From assembly GCA_052386995.1 (NCBI GenBank), contig JBQTJP010000035.1, positions 1 to 27,137 on the forward strand: a DNA stretch of 27,137 nucleotides, in the 5' to 3' direction. This DNA comes from Armatimonadota bacterium (GTDB taxonomy: Bacteria; Sysuimicrobiota; Sysuimicrobiia; Sysuimicrobiales; Humicultoraceae). Within the stretch, counting starts at the first letter, position 1. Every line of letters starts with the position of its first letter. A program made the position numbers and the translations under genes. The notes below the pieces were generated by a model. It was not told the origin of the DNA. It saw nothing but the letters and a program-made list of their open reading frames with translations, and did no database searches. This document shows positions 8,346-16,070 of this stretch, piece after piece.

Positions 8346-9013
8346 TGGGATCTCCCCTTTGATGATGGTGCCGGTACCGAACGTTCGAGGACGCCGTACA
8401 CGAAGAGCCTGACCGTCTCGCGGATGATGGTCTCGTAGCTATGCGGCACCATCCGCCTGCCAAGCAACACCTCTTGCAGCAACACGAACATCAGCATGAC
8501 GCCGGGGAGCGCTCGGGCCACGACGGCCGGTTCCAGGTTGCGGCGGTAGAGCCCTGCGGCCATGCCCCGGCGAAGGTGGGCCTCCAGCACCTCTGCCGCT
8601 GCCAGCGGAATCAGCCGCGTGTACTCCTGGCGTGCCTTCCGGCTCAGGTACGGCAACGCCGAAAAGAAGACTTTGATGAAGCGCAGGTTGCCGGTGATGC
8701 GGGCCAGCATGGCGTGTCCCATCGTCATGAGGACCCGCTCGGCGTCCGCGGCCGTGGTCACGTCAGGCAGCCGGGCGGCGAGCTCGGCGAACACCGGCGC
8801 AACGACATAGCCGGGAATGTGAATCAAAAGGTCCTCTTTGCTGCGAAAGTAATTGTAGATCGTCCCTTCCGCGACGCGGGCGACACGGGCAATGTCCTCG
8901 ATGGTTGCGGTCGCGTAGCCTTTGCGCGCGAACACCCCGACCGCGGCCTCCAAGATCTGCCGCCGGCGCTCCTCGCTGAGCGCTTCCTTGCGTCGCGTCG
9001 TGAGGTGAGGCAT
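8342..9013 (-). CDS. TetR/AcrR family transcriptional regulator
   Basis: RRQILEAAVGVFARKGYATATIEDIARVARVAEGTIYNYFRSKEDL HTH. ATG at 9013 preferred because the longer ORF runs through the promoter and operator. Confidence 0.93.
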   Translation of the reverse strand: MPHLTTRRKEALSEERRRQILEAAVGVFARKGYATATIEDIARVARVAEGTIYNYFRSKEDLLIHIPGYVVAPVFAELAARLPDVTTAADAERVLMTMGHAMLARITGNLRFIKVFFSALPYLSRKARQEYTRLIPLAAAEVLEAHLRRGMAAGLYRRNLEPAVVARALPGVMLMFVLLQEVLLGRRMVPHSYETIIRETVRLFVYGVLERSVPAPSSKGRSQ

Positions 9014-9026
9014 GATCTCGCGCGTA

Positions 9027-9052
9027 TTATTGAGTGAGGGCTCACTCAATAA
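9027..9052. promoter_or_regulatory. Putative TetR operator (perfect 12-bp inverted repeat)
   Basis: TTATTGAGTGAG-GG-CTCACTCAATAA, AT-rich, between the predicted promoter and the tetR start. Confidence 0.8.
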
Positions 9053-9068
9053 CGTCGGGCGCTTTTTT

Positions 9069-9097
9069 ACCCTATCGCCTCGGGCCGATCCTGTCAA
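9069..9097 (-). promoter_or_regulatory. Candidate sigma70 promoter of the efflux operon
   Basis: TTGACA (9097-9092), 17-nt spacer, TAGGGT (9074-9069). Confidence 0.65.
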
Positions 9098-9128
9098 CTC
9101 AGCGGGTGTGGTTTGGGCCGGGGGGGAA

Positions 9129-9737
9129 TCAGCGCCAGCGGGCCAGCCCGGGATCGTGGGCCAGCATCCAGGCCTCGTTGAAGCGCCAAGGCGACAGCGC
9201 CTCCGGCTCGAGGACGGCCGCCTGGCGCGTCCAACGCACAGGCTCGCGCGGATACGGCGCCCCGTTGGCCTGATGGCGCCACTTGACGTCCTGTATCAAG
9301 AACCACAGATAGAAGAGGTATGAGGAGGCGACGACCTCCGTCACTTCCATGACGCCGCCGTCGAACAGCCCAACCGGGGATTCGCCCCGGCTATCGCGTC
9401 GGTCCAACAGGAGCACGTAGGGATTGCCGGCGCCGTCGTTCCCGACTTCCACATATGATGGCAACCAGCCGATCGGTCCCCAGTAGGTCCGAGCCTGACG
9501 AGTCGCGACGACCAGATCGAGCCCGGACGGCACGGGGGGCACACCGAGGACAGGCTCGTTGACCACGAAGCCGCCATCGAAGGCGTCGAGAACGAGCCGC
9601 ATGGCTGGGGGAAACCTGACGTCGAGTTCAAACTCGGCAAGGGTGATGTCGCGGCCCGCCGCCGGCGCATTCAGCCGGACGACGCCCGCCGCGAAGAAGT
9701 CCATCTCTTTCCAGATGTCGTCGATTGTCACCGACAC
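9129..9737 (-). CDS. SMI1/KNR4 (SUKH) family protein
   Basis: PAAGRDITLAEFELDVRFPPAMRLVLDAFDGG, VGNDGAGNPYVL, VASSYLFYL match the SUKH pattern. Confidence 0.75.
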   Translation of the reverse strand: MSVTIDDIWKEMDFFAAGVVRLNAPAAGRDITLAEFELDVRFPPAMRLVLDAFDGGFVVNEPVLGVPPVPSGLDLVVATRQARTYWGPIGWLPSYVEVGNDGAGNPYVLLLDRRDSRGESPVGLFDGGVMEVTEVVASSYLFYLWFLIQDVKWRHQANGAPYPREPVRWTRQAAVLEPEALSPWRFNEAWMLAHDPGLARWR

Positions 9738-9742
9738 GCTCC

Positions 9743-10639
9743 CTACGCATCCCGCCCTCCCTCGTCGCGCGCCAGCACCAGCGTCGGACTCTGGACGACC
9801 GTGACCTCGCTGTCCGCGCCGGTCCCCCGATAAGTGACCAGCGCGACGTAACGATCGATCATCTTGTCGGCGGGATGTTCCGTCTCCACTAATACCCCAA
9901 TCCCCACTACTTCAGCCCGGAACTCCCGCATGAGGTCGTAGACCCCTCGCGCGGTCCCGCCGCCGCGGAGGAAGTCGTCAATGAACAGGACCCGCGCCCC
10001 GGCAGCAATCGCCCGCAGCGGCAGCGTCATCGACTGGACCAGCCGGGAAGAGCCCGACACATAGTTGACACTGACCGAGGGCCCTTCGATGACTCCCGCG
10101 CCGCGACGCACGGTCACGAGCGGGACATTGAACGCGCGTGCCGTCATCAACGCGACCGGAATGCCTTTGACCTCCATGGTCAGGACGACGTCCGGGCGGG
10201 CCTCGTGAAAAAGCGTTGCGAAGACTTCTCCGATCGCGGCGGCCGTCTGGGGAGTAGAGATCAGGTCGGTCGTGTGGAGGAACCCGCCGGCCAGCACCCG
10301 CCCCGGATCGCTGAGCTTCACGCGGATCTCGTCCACGAGCGCGCGGATCTGGCCGGGCGTGCGATGGGGGAGGTACCGCACGCCGCCGGCGGCGCCGGTG
10401 ACGGTCTCGACGCGGCCGAGGCCGAACCGTTCACTGGCGCGCCGCAGGAAGGCCAGATCTTCGCTGACCGTCGACTTCGCAGCGCCGAGCAGAGCGGTGA
10501 ACGCCGAGAGCGGGATCAAGCGGTGCGGCTCGGTCCACAGGCGGTGGGCAATGACGACCATGCGCTCGCCACGGCGGAGGCGCAGGCGGGGGCCGGCGTC
10601 CCCGGCCCCGGCGCGTTCCTCGGCGCGGACCCTGCGCAC
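9743..10639 (-). CDS. purR: Bacillus-type pur operon repressor (wHTH + PRTase domain)
   Basis: RRGERMV..PHRLIPL..AKSTVSEDL, ETVTGAAGGVRY, KGIP, EGPSVSVNYVSGSS, PRPP loop FIDDFLRGGGT. Start uncertain. Confidence 0.93.
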   Translation of the reverse strand: MRRVRAEERAGAGDAGPRLRLRRGERMVVIAHRLWTEPHRLIPLSAFTALLGAAKSTVSEDLAFLRRASERFGLGRVETVTGAAGGVRYLPHRTPGQIRALVDEIRVKLSDPGRVLAGGFLHTTDLISTPQTAAAIGEVFATLFHEARPDVVLTMEVKGIPVALMTARAFNVPLVTVRRGAGVIEGPSVSVNYVSGSSRLVQSMTLPLRAIAAGARVLFIDDFLRGGGTARGVYDLMREFRAEVVGIGVLVETEHPADKMIDRYVALVTYRGTGADSEVTVVQSPTLVLARDEGGRDA

Positions 10640-10640
10640 G

Positions 10641-11405
10641 CTAGGCGCCCGGTCCGCTGTGCGGCTCCAGCGCCGCTCGGAGGATTTTCATGTTCTCCGG
10701 CCGCTCGGCGTCGATGTCGAGCGCGAGTTCAGGAGATTCGACGATCACGGCCTTGGCGCGGATACCCGTCACCTCGTGCACCCGCGCCTCCGCGTCGGCG
10801 ATCGACAGGGTGCCGGCAATAAGCCTGGTCGCGAGCGACCATCCGAAGAGCTGTGCCAGCAGCCACGGCTTCTTGCGTCCGGCCATGATCCGCTCGACGA
10901 GCGGCCTGACTTTCTCGATGATTCCCGGATCGAACAGCAGGACGCTCCCGCCGGTGAAGACGCCATCGGTCACACGCACGTACGTCTTGCGCGCGCCCGG
11001 GTACCGACGCTCGACCGCCGCCTCCGGCACGATCGCGTAATAGAGGCCCGCATCGCCGGAACACAATCCCAGAAAAGCCTCAATGGCCTCGGCTGTGATG
11101 AGCGGTAAATCCGAGGCGACCGCCAGCACGCGCGGCTCGCCCGAGAGGCGTGCGACAGCGGCCCCGATATTGTCGACGAGCGTGCCCTGCTCTGGGACGA
11201 TCTCGAAGGACGGATCGAGCAACGAGCCCAGCGGCCGCTCGGGTCCCACGACCACAATGCGACCCATCGAGCGCACGCCGCGCAGGGCGTCGGTGACCCG
11301 GACGACGAGCGGACGGCCGCCGAGGACGAGGAACGCCTTGCTGGGAAGATCGGGCGCCAGGTGCGGCTCGGGGCCGCCCCCGGCCAGCACGATCGCGGCC
11401 GGCAC
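10641..11405 (-). CDS. Nucleotidyltransferase (MobA-like NTP transferase) family protein
   Basis: AIVLAGG, SKAFLVLGGRPL, SDLPL, LDID. Start codon overlaps the ispE stop. Confidence 0.8.
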   Translation of the reverse strand: MPAAIVLAGGGPEPHLAPDLPSKAFLVLGGRPLVVRVTDALRGVRSMGRIVVVGPERPLGSLLDPSFEIVPEQGTLVDNIGAAVARLSGEPRVLAVASDLPLITAEAIEAFLGLCSGDAGLYYAIVPEAAVERRYPGARKTYVRVTDGVFTGGSVLLFDPGIIEKVRPLVERIMAGRKKPWLLAQLFGWSLATRLIAGTLSIADAEARVHEVTGIRAKAVIVESPELALDIDAERPENMKILRAALEPHSGPGA

Positions 11406-12271
11406 TACCGCTGCTCCGCGAACGTTCGCGTGACCAGAACGTCGAGATCTGTGATCGTGCCGAGGTCGTCCGCGACGCGCCGTGCGGCCGCTTCGTTTGC
11501 CATTAACCCGAACACGGTGGGACCGGTGCCGGTCATCGCAGCCCCGTAGGCCTCGCCTCCGAGGATGCGGGCCTTGACCTCGGCAACGACCGGATGCCGT
11601 CCGGCGATGAACTCCTCGAAGACGTTGCCGAGCAGCCGGCCAACCGCGGGCACGTCCCGGCGGCGCACCGCCTCCACGAGGCTAGGCACGTCGGGCCGCC
11701 GGGTGATGTCCAGGGGCTGGAGATGACGGTAGGCCCACTCGGTCAGCACCGACACGCGCGGCCGCGCGAGCACGACCCACGTCGTAGGCAGGGGGGGCAG
11801 TGGCTGTACCCGCTCGCCGCGGCCCCGGGCCACGGCCGACCCTCCGTCGAGGAAAAACGGCACGTCCGAACCCAGACGGGCCGCCAGCGCGTGCAGCTCG
11901 CGCCCGTCGAGCCGGAGCTTCCACATCTGCGCAAGGCCCATCAGCGTGATCGCGGCGTCAGCGCTTCCACCGCCCAGGCCCGCGGCGACGGGGATGCGCT
12001 TCTTGACCTCGATATCCACGGGGCGCGGCACGCTGTACTGCTCGCGCAGCAGCGTGGCCGCCCGATAGACGAGATTCGCCGCGCCCGAGGGAAGCGCTTC
12101 CCCATCGGTGGTGACGTTGATCCCCTCGCCGGCCTCACGCAGGGTGATCAGATCGTGCAGCGCAATGGTGTGGAGAACGGTCTCGACTTCATGGTACCCG
12201 TCCTCGCGTTTGTCCAGGACGTTGAGGGCAAGATTGACCTTCGCGTACGCGTTGAGATGCAGCTCTTTCAC
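11405..12271 (-). CDS. ispE: 4-diphosphocytidyl-2-C-methyl-D-erythritol kinase
   Basis: AYAKVNLAL, DGYHEVET, KRIPVAAGLGGGSADAA, LGSDVPFF, GRGE. GGAGG SD before GTG 12271. Confidence 0.95.
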   Translation of the reverse strand: MKELHLNAYAKVNLALNVLDKREDGYHEVETVLHTIALHDLITLREAGEGINVTTDGEALPSGAANLVYRAATLLREQYSVPRPVDIEVKKRIPVAAGLGGGSADAAITLMGLAQMWKLRLDGRELHALAARLGSDVPFFLDGGSAVARGRGERVQPLPPLPTTWVVLARPRVSVLTEWAYRHLQPLDITRRPDVPSLVEAVRRRDVPAVGRLLGNVFEEFIAGRHPVVAEVKARILGGEAYGAAMTGTGPTVFGLMANEAAARRVADDLGTITDLDVLVTRTFAEQR

Positions 12272-12383
12272 GAACGCCTCCAAGGGCTTGCGTGCGGCAG
12301 TGTACAGGTTAGGTGCGGCCGCATCGAAGTCCTCTCGCCGGCCCGCGTTGCGCCGCGTGACCGCTTGCGGGTAAGATATTGAC

Positions 12384-13718
12384 GTGAACGACCGCGAAAC
12401 GCACGGCATGTCGCCATCGGACGCCGGGGCCCAGCCGGTGCCCGAACATGCTCCGTCGGCCCCCCCGACCGCTTCCCTACCCCCGCCGGTCTATCCTCGA
12501 CGCCGGTGGTGGCTGGTGGTGGCCTGGGCGATCCCCGTGGTGGTGCTGTTCGCCGGCGGCCTGGCCCTCGGGCTCTATCTGTACACGCTGAGCCAGATCA
12601 CCGTGGGCACGGGCGAGGCGACGGCGCGCCGGCAGCGGAGCGAGGCGTTCGGCTGGCCCCTGCGGCTCGCCGACCGGGTCAACATTCTCATCATCGGCGT
12701 CGATGTCACGCTCGACAACCGGCGGCGGGTCCTCAACGTCGCCCGAGCCGACAGCCTGCTGCTCGTCTCCTTCGACCCCGAGCGCCGCCGGATCTCCGCC
12801 GTGTCCATCCCGCGTGACACGCGCGTCCAGATCCCCGGCTACGGCGAGACCAAGGTCAACGCCTCGTACGCTTACGGCGGCCCGCGCCTCACGATCAAGA
12901 CCGTCGAAAAGCTGCTCGGCGTGACCGTCGATCACTACGTCAAACTGGGAGCCGAGTCGTTTTCGCACATCATCGACGCCGTCGGCGGGATCGAGATCGA
13001 CGTCGAGAAGGACATGAAGTACACCGACACCTGGGCGGGATTCAGCGTCGACCTCAAGAAAGGCCGCCAGCATCTCGATGGCCAGCAGGCGACCGGGTAC
13101 ATCCGGTTCAGACACGACGCCACCGGGGACATCGGCCGCGTGGAGCGTCAGCATAAGGTGATGATGACGCTGGTCAGGCAGCTGCGCCAGCCGTCGACCA
13201 TCCTGGCCGGACCCCGGCTGCTGCGGGTCTTCGCCGAGAACACCGAGACCACGCTCACGCCGGCCGAGCTGGCCACGCTCGGCCTCTTCGCGCTGCGGAC
13301 GAAAGAGGCCCCTCTGCGGATCGAGACGCTGCCCGGGGGGTTTGCGCCGGAGTATTGGGATCCGGATACGCCAAGAGTGCGTGCGCTGGTCGCCGACATA
13401 ATCTACGGCGTATCGCGGGACGAGCTCACGAAGACCGTCGTCGACGTTCAGAATGCCAGCGGCTCACCGGCCCTCGGCCGGCGCATCGCCGAGCGGATGA
13501 CCGCCCTCGGTTTCCGTACGGTGAAGGTCAGGACAGCGGCTCCAACGGACCGGACGGTGATCATCGATCGCAGCGCGAACCCGCGCACGGCCCGCATGGT
13601 CGCCGCGGCTCTGGGCAAGGCGAAGATCCGCCGCGAGCCGGGGTCCGTGGAATCCATCACGGTCGTCGTGGGTCGCGACGCGGCCCGCCCACCGGCCACG
13701 TCCCGCAACGGCTTGTAG
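12384..13718 (+). CDS. LCP (LytR-CpsA-Psr) family protein with LytR C-terminal domain
   Basis: Single TM, NILIIGVD, RADS, SIPRDT, KVNASY, YIRFRHD, GDIGRVERQ, C-terminal VQNASG..VVVGRD. Start 12384 or 12408. Confidence 0.93.
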   Translation: MNDRETHGMSPSDAGAQPVPEHAPSAPPTASLPPPVYPRRRWWLVVAWAIPVVVLFAGGLALGLYLYTLSQITVGTGEATARRQRSEAFGWPLRLADRVNILIIGVDVTLDNRRRVLNVARADSLLLVSFDPERRRISAVSIPRDTRVQIPGYGETKVNASYAYGGPRLTIKTVEKLLGVTVDHYVKLGAESFSHIIDAVGGIEIDVEKDMKYTDTWAGFSVDLKKGRQHLDGQQATGYIRFRHDATGDIGRVERQHKVMMTLVRQLRQPSTILAGPRLLRVFAENTETTLTPAELATLGLFALRTKEAPLRIETLPGGFAPEYWDPDTPRVRALVADIIYGVSRDELTKTVVDVQNASGSPALGRRIAERMTALGFRTVKVRTAAPTDRTVIIDRSANPRTARMVAAALGKAKIRREPGSVESITVVVGRDAARPPATSRNGL

Positions 13719-13731
13719 GAGCGTTGGCCCC

Positions 13732-13823
13732 AAGAAGATCAGCGGTCGCCGGCTACGGAGTTAGGCCGGGTTGCTCCCGAAGGAGTACCTCCTCCCACCT
13801 CGTATAGCCGACAAACCGCTGAC
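13732..13823 (-). ncRNA. Candidate small RNA (long irregular hairpin with UUCG loop)
   Basis: Own promoter-like element, ~19-bp basal stem with G-U pairs only on the minus strand, C(UUCG)G cap, UCUUCUU tail. Not recognised as a known family. Confidence 0.6.
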
Positions 13824-13830
13824 GAAATGC

Positions 13831-13859
13831 ACGTTAACATCCGACCGCGAAAGCGTCAA
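13831..13859 (-). promoter_or_regulatory. Candidate sigma70 promoter of the putative sRNA
   Basis: TTGACG (13859-13854), 17-nt spacer ending in TGn, TAACGT (13836-13831). Predicted +1 at about 13823. Confidence 0.65.
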
Positions 13860-15109
13860 TCCGAAACGCTCGTTCCCCTCCTGTGGATAATATGAACAGC
13901 CGCGGGTTCTTGACGGCGCACGAGGCGCGCGAGACGCGCGATCCCTTCGCGAATCTCCTCGACTGACGGATAGGAAAAATTCAATCGCATCGTGTTGCGC
14001 CCGCTTCCATCGGCGTGGAAGGGCTGACCGGGCACATACATGATCCCCTCCTCCACCGCCTGACGGAGCATTGTGCCGCAATCCACGCCTTCGGGAAGAC
14101 GCACCCAGAGGAATAGACCGCCTTCGGGTCGAGTCCAGGTCACGCCGCCGGGCATCTCGGCTTTCAGCGCCTCCAGCATGACATCGCGTTTGCGGCGATA
14201 GAGATCGATGGTGGCCGGCAATCGCCGGAGCAGATCGCCCCGGCGCAACAGCCCCGCGGTGATCGCCTGTGTGAAGGATGGACTGCACAGATCCATCGCC
14301 TGCTTCAGCGTGACACATTGCGCGATCACGGGCTCCGGTCCGGCGATCCAGCCGATGCGCAGCCCTGGGGCCATGGTCTTGCTGAATGTCGACAGGTAGA
14401 TCGTCCTGCCGCTCGGGTCGAGCGCGAGGATTGGGGGCGGTGCGGTCCCGGAGAATCGCATCTCGCGATATGGATTGTCTTCGACGATCAGACACTCCGC
14501 GTCGGCGGCGAGGGTCAGCAGGCGCTCGCGCCGCTCGCGTGTCCAGGTGACGCCGGAGGGGTTCTGAAAATCCGGGACCGCGTAGATGAACTTCGGTCGC
14601 CTGCCTTCCCGCTTCAACCGGCGGAGGACATCGGCGAGCCGGTCGACGTCCATTCCCTCATCGTCCTGGGGCACGCCGGTCATCTCGGCCCCGTAGGCCC
14701 GAAACACCTGGAGTCCACCCAGATACGAAGGAAGTTCCACGACAACCACGTCGCCTGGATCGAGGAAGGCCTTCCCGATGACGTCCAGGGCCTGCTGCGA
14801 ACTCGTCGTGACGAGGATGCCCTCCCTGCCGACCGTGATGCCGTCCTTGGCCATCCACCGGATCAGCTCGTCCCGCAGGACGGGATCGCCCTCGGTGGGG
14901 CCGTACTGAAGGGCGAGAGCCGCGCCGCTCGCCAGGACGTCGCGGGTCACTTCCTGGAGCTCGGCCACCGGGAAGGTGGCGGGGTCAGGGAATCCACCGG
15001 CGAACGAGATGAGGCCCTTGCCGGCCTGCGAGACCTTGAGGAGTTCGCGGATCAGTGACCGTTCGGCTCCCCGGGCGTGCCTGGCGTAGAACGCCTGATA
15101 GTCAAGCAT
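13856..15109 (-). CDS. PLP-dependent class I/II aminotransferase (LysN/ARO8/MocR-like, no HTH)
   Basis: ISFAGGFPDP, ALQYGPTEG, SQQALD, PDFQNPSG, EDNPY, STFSKTMAPGLRIGW, MRLNFS. GGGAGG SD. Confidence 0.93.
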   Translation of the reverse strand: MLDYQAFYARHARGAERSLIRELLKVSQAGKGLISFAGGFPDPATFPVAELQEVTRDVLASGAALALQYGPTEGDPVLRDELIRWMAKDGITVGREGILVTTSSQQALDVIGKAFLDPGDVVVVELPSYLGGLQVFRAYGAEMTGVPQDDEGMDVDRLADVLRRLKREGRRPKFIYAVPDFQNPSGVTWTRERRERLLTLAADAECLIVEDNPYREMRFSGTAPPPILALDPSGRTIYLSTFSKTMAPGLRIGWIAGPEPVIAQCVTLKQAMDLCSPSFTQAITAGLLRRGDLLRRLPATIDLYRRKRDVMLEALKAEMPGGVTWTRPEGGLFLWVRLPEGVDCGTMLRQAVEEGIMYVPGQPFHADGSGRNTMRLNFSYPSVEEIREGIARLARLVRRQEPAAVHIIHRRGTSVSD

Positions 15110-15169
15110 GCGTCCCTCCCCGGAGTCTTCCTCGGCGGGTTATCGCCGACGTGTTTCCCCTCGCACAGC

Positions 15170-16027
15170 TCATTCCCTGTCGAACGCCAATGCAAGACGC
15201 GCAAACTCTTGTATAGAGAGAGTTTCCCCGCGCCGGCGCGGGTCAATCCCGGCCCGGGCGCACCGGGCCTCAACGGCCGCCGCCGGGAGGCGCCACGTGT
15301 CGATGCGCTGCAGTGCTGTGCGCAGCATCTTGCGCCTCTGCCCGAAGGCCGCCCGCGCCACGGCCATGAAGACCGGCATTTTGGGTCGCGGTAACGGAGG
15401 CTGCTCCCGAACTTCGAGCCGGACGATCGCGGATCGGACCTCTGGTGGCGGGAAGAAGGCCGTGCGCGGAACCCGGGCGACGATAGTCGGCGTCGCATAG
15501 GCCTGGACCGCCACCGACAGCAGACCAAACGTCTTGCCGCCGGGGAGCGCGGCGATGCGCGCGGCGACCTCGTCCTGGACCATGACGACGAGGCGCCGCC
15601 CGATACCGGCCTGCAACAGCCGGATCAGTATCGGAGATGCGATGGAGTACGGCAGGTTGGCAACGACCTTCGACGGCGGGAACGGCAGCGCCGCGGGATC
15701 CAGGCGCATTGCGTCGGCATGGACGATATCGACGCCGGGATAGGGCGCACACGCCGCCTGCAGCAGCGGAATGAAGCGCGCGTCCACCTCGACGGCCGCG
15801 ACGCGTGCGCCGGTGCGTGCGAGCGCGACGGTGAGGGTACCGATGCCGGCCCCGATCTCCAGGATACCGTCGCGTGCGTCGACCTGCGCCGCGTCGAGCA
15901 CCCGCTCGAGAACATGGCGGCTGATCAGGAAATGCTGCCCCCGCGAGGGCCGGAGGCGCAGCCCGAACGCCGAGAGCGCCGCGCGGACGCCGCCCGGCGT
16001 GGCAAGATCGAGTTCGGAGGATGCCAC
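15170..16027 (-). CDS. rsmA: 16S rRNA m6,2A dimethyltransferase KsgA
   Basis: GQHFL, LEIGAGIGTLT, VEVD, VVANLPY, MVQDEVA, FFPPPEVRS, FGQRRKML, RGETLS. Confidence 0.95.
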   Translation of the reverse strand: MASSELDLATPGGVRAALSAFGLRLRPSRGQHFLISRHVLERVLDAAQVDARDGILEIGAGIGTLTVALARTGARVAAVEVDARFIPLLQAACAPYPGVDIVHADAMRLDPAALPFPPSKVVANLPYSIASPILIRLLQAGIGRRLVVMVQDEVAARIAALPGGKTFGLLSVAVQAYATPTIVARVPRTAFFPPPEVRSAIVRLEVREQPPLPRPKMPVFMAVARAAFGQRRKMLRTALQRIDTWRLPAAAVEARCARAGIDPRRRGETLSIQEFARLALAFDRE

Positions 16028-16070
16028 GGCGTGGCTAGGACGCAGGCTTCTCTCTGCCGTGCGATCGCCT

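Noticed and set aside
11405..12409. 334-aa version of IspE
   Set aside because: The extension overlaps the divergent LCP promoter and start. Homology and the SD support GTG 12271.
13732..13823. Assignment of the hairpin as SRP 4.5S RNA, 6S RNA, tRNA or c-di-AMP riboswitch
   Set aside because: It lacks the SRP GNRA loop and symmetric CAGG/AGCA loop, is about half of 6S size, and has no cloverleaf. The resemblance to the ydaO 3' segment (AACCCG..CUAAC) is only partial and there is no downstream gene.
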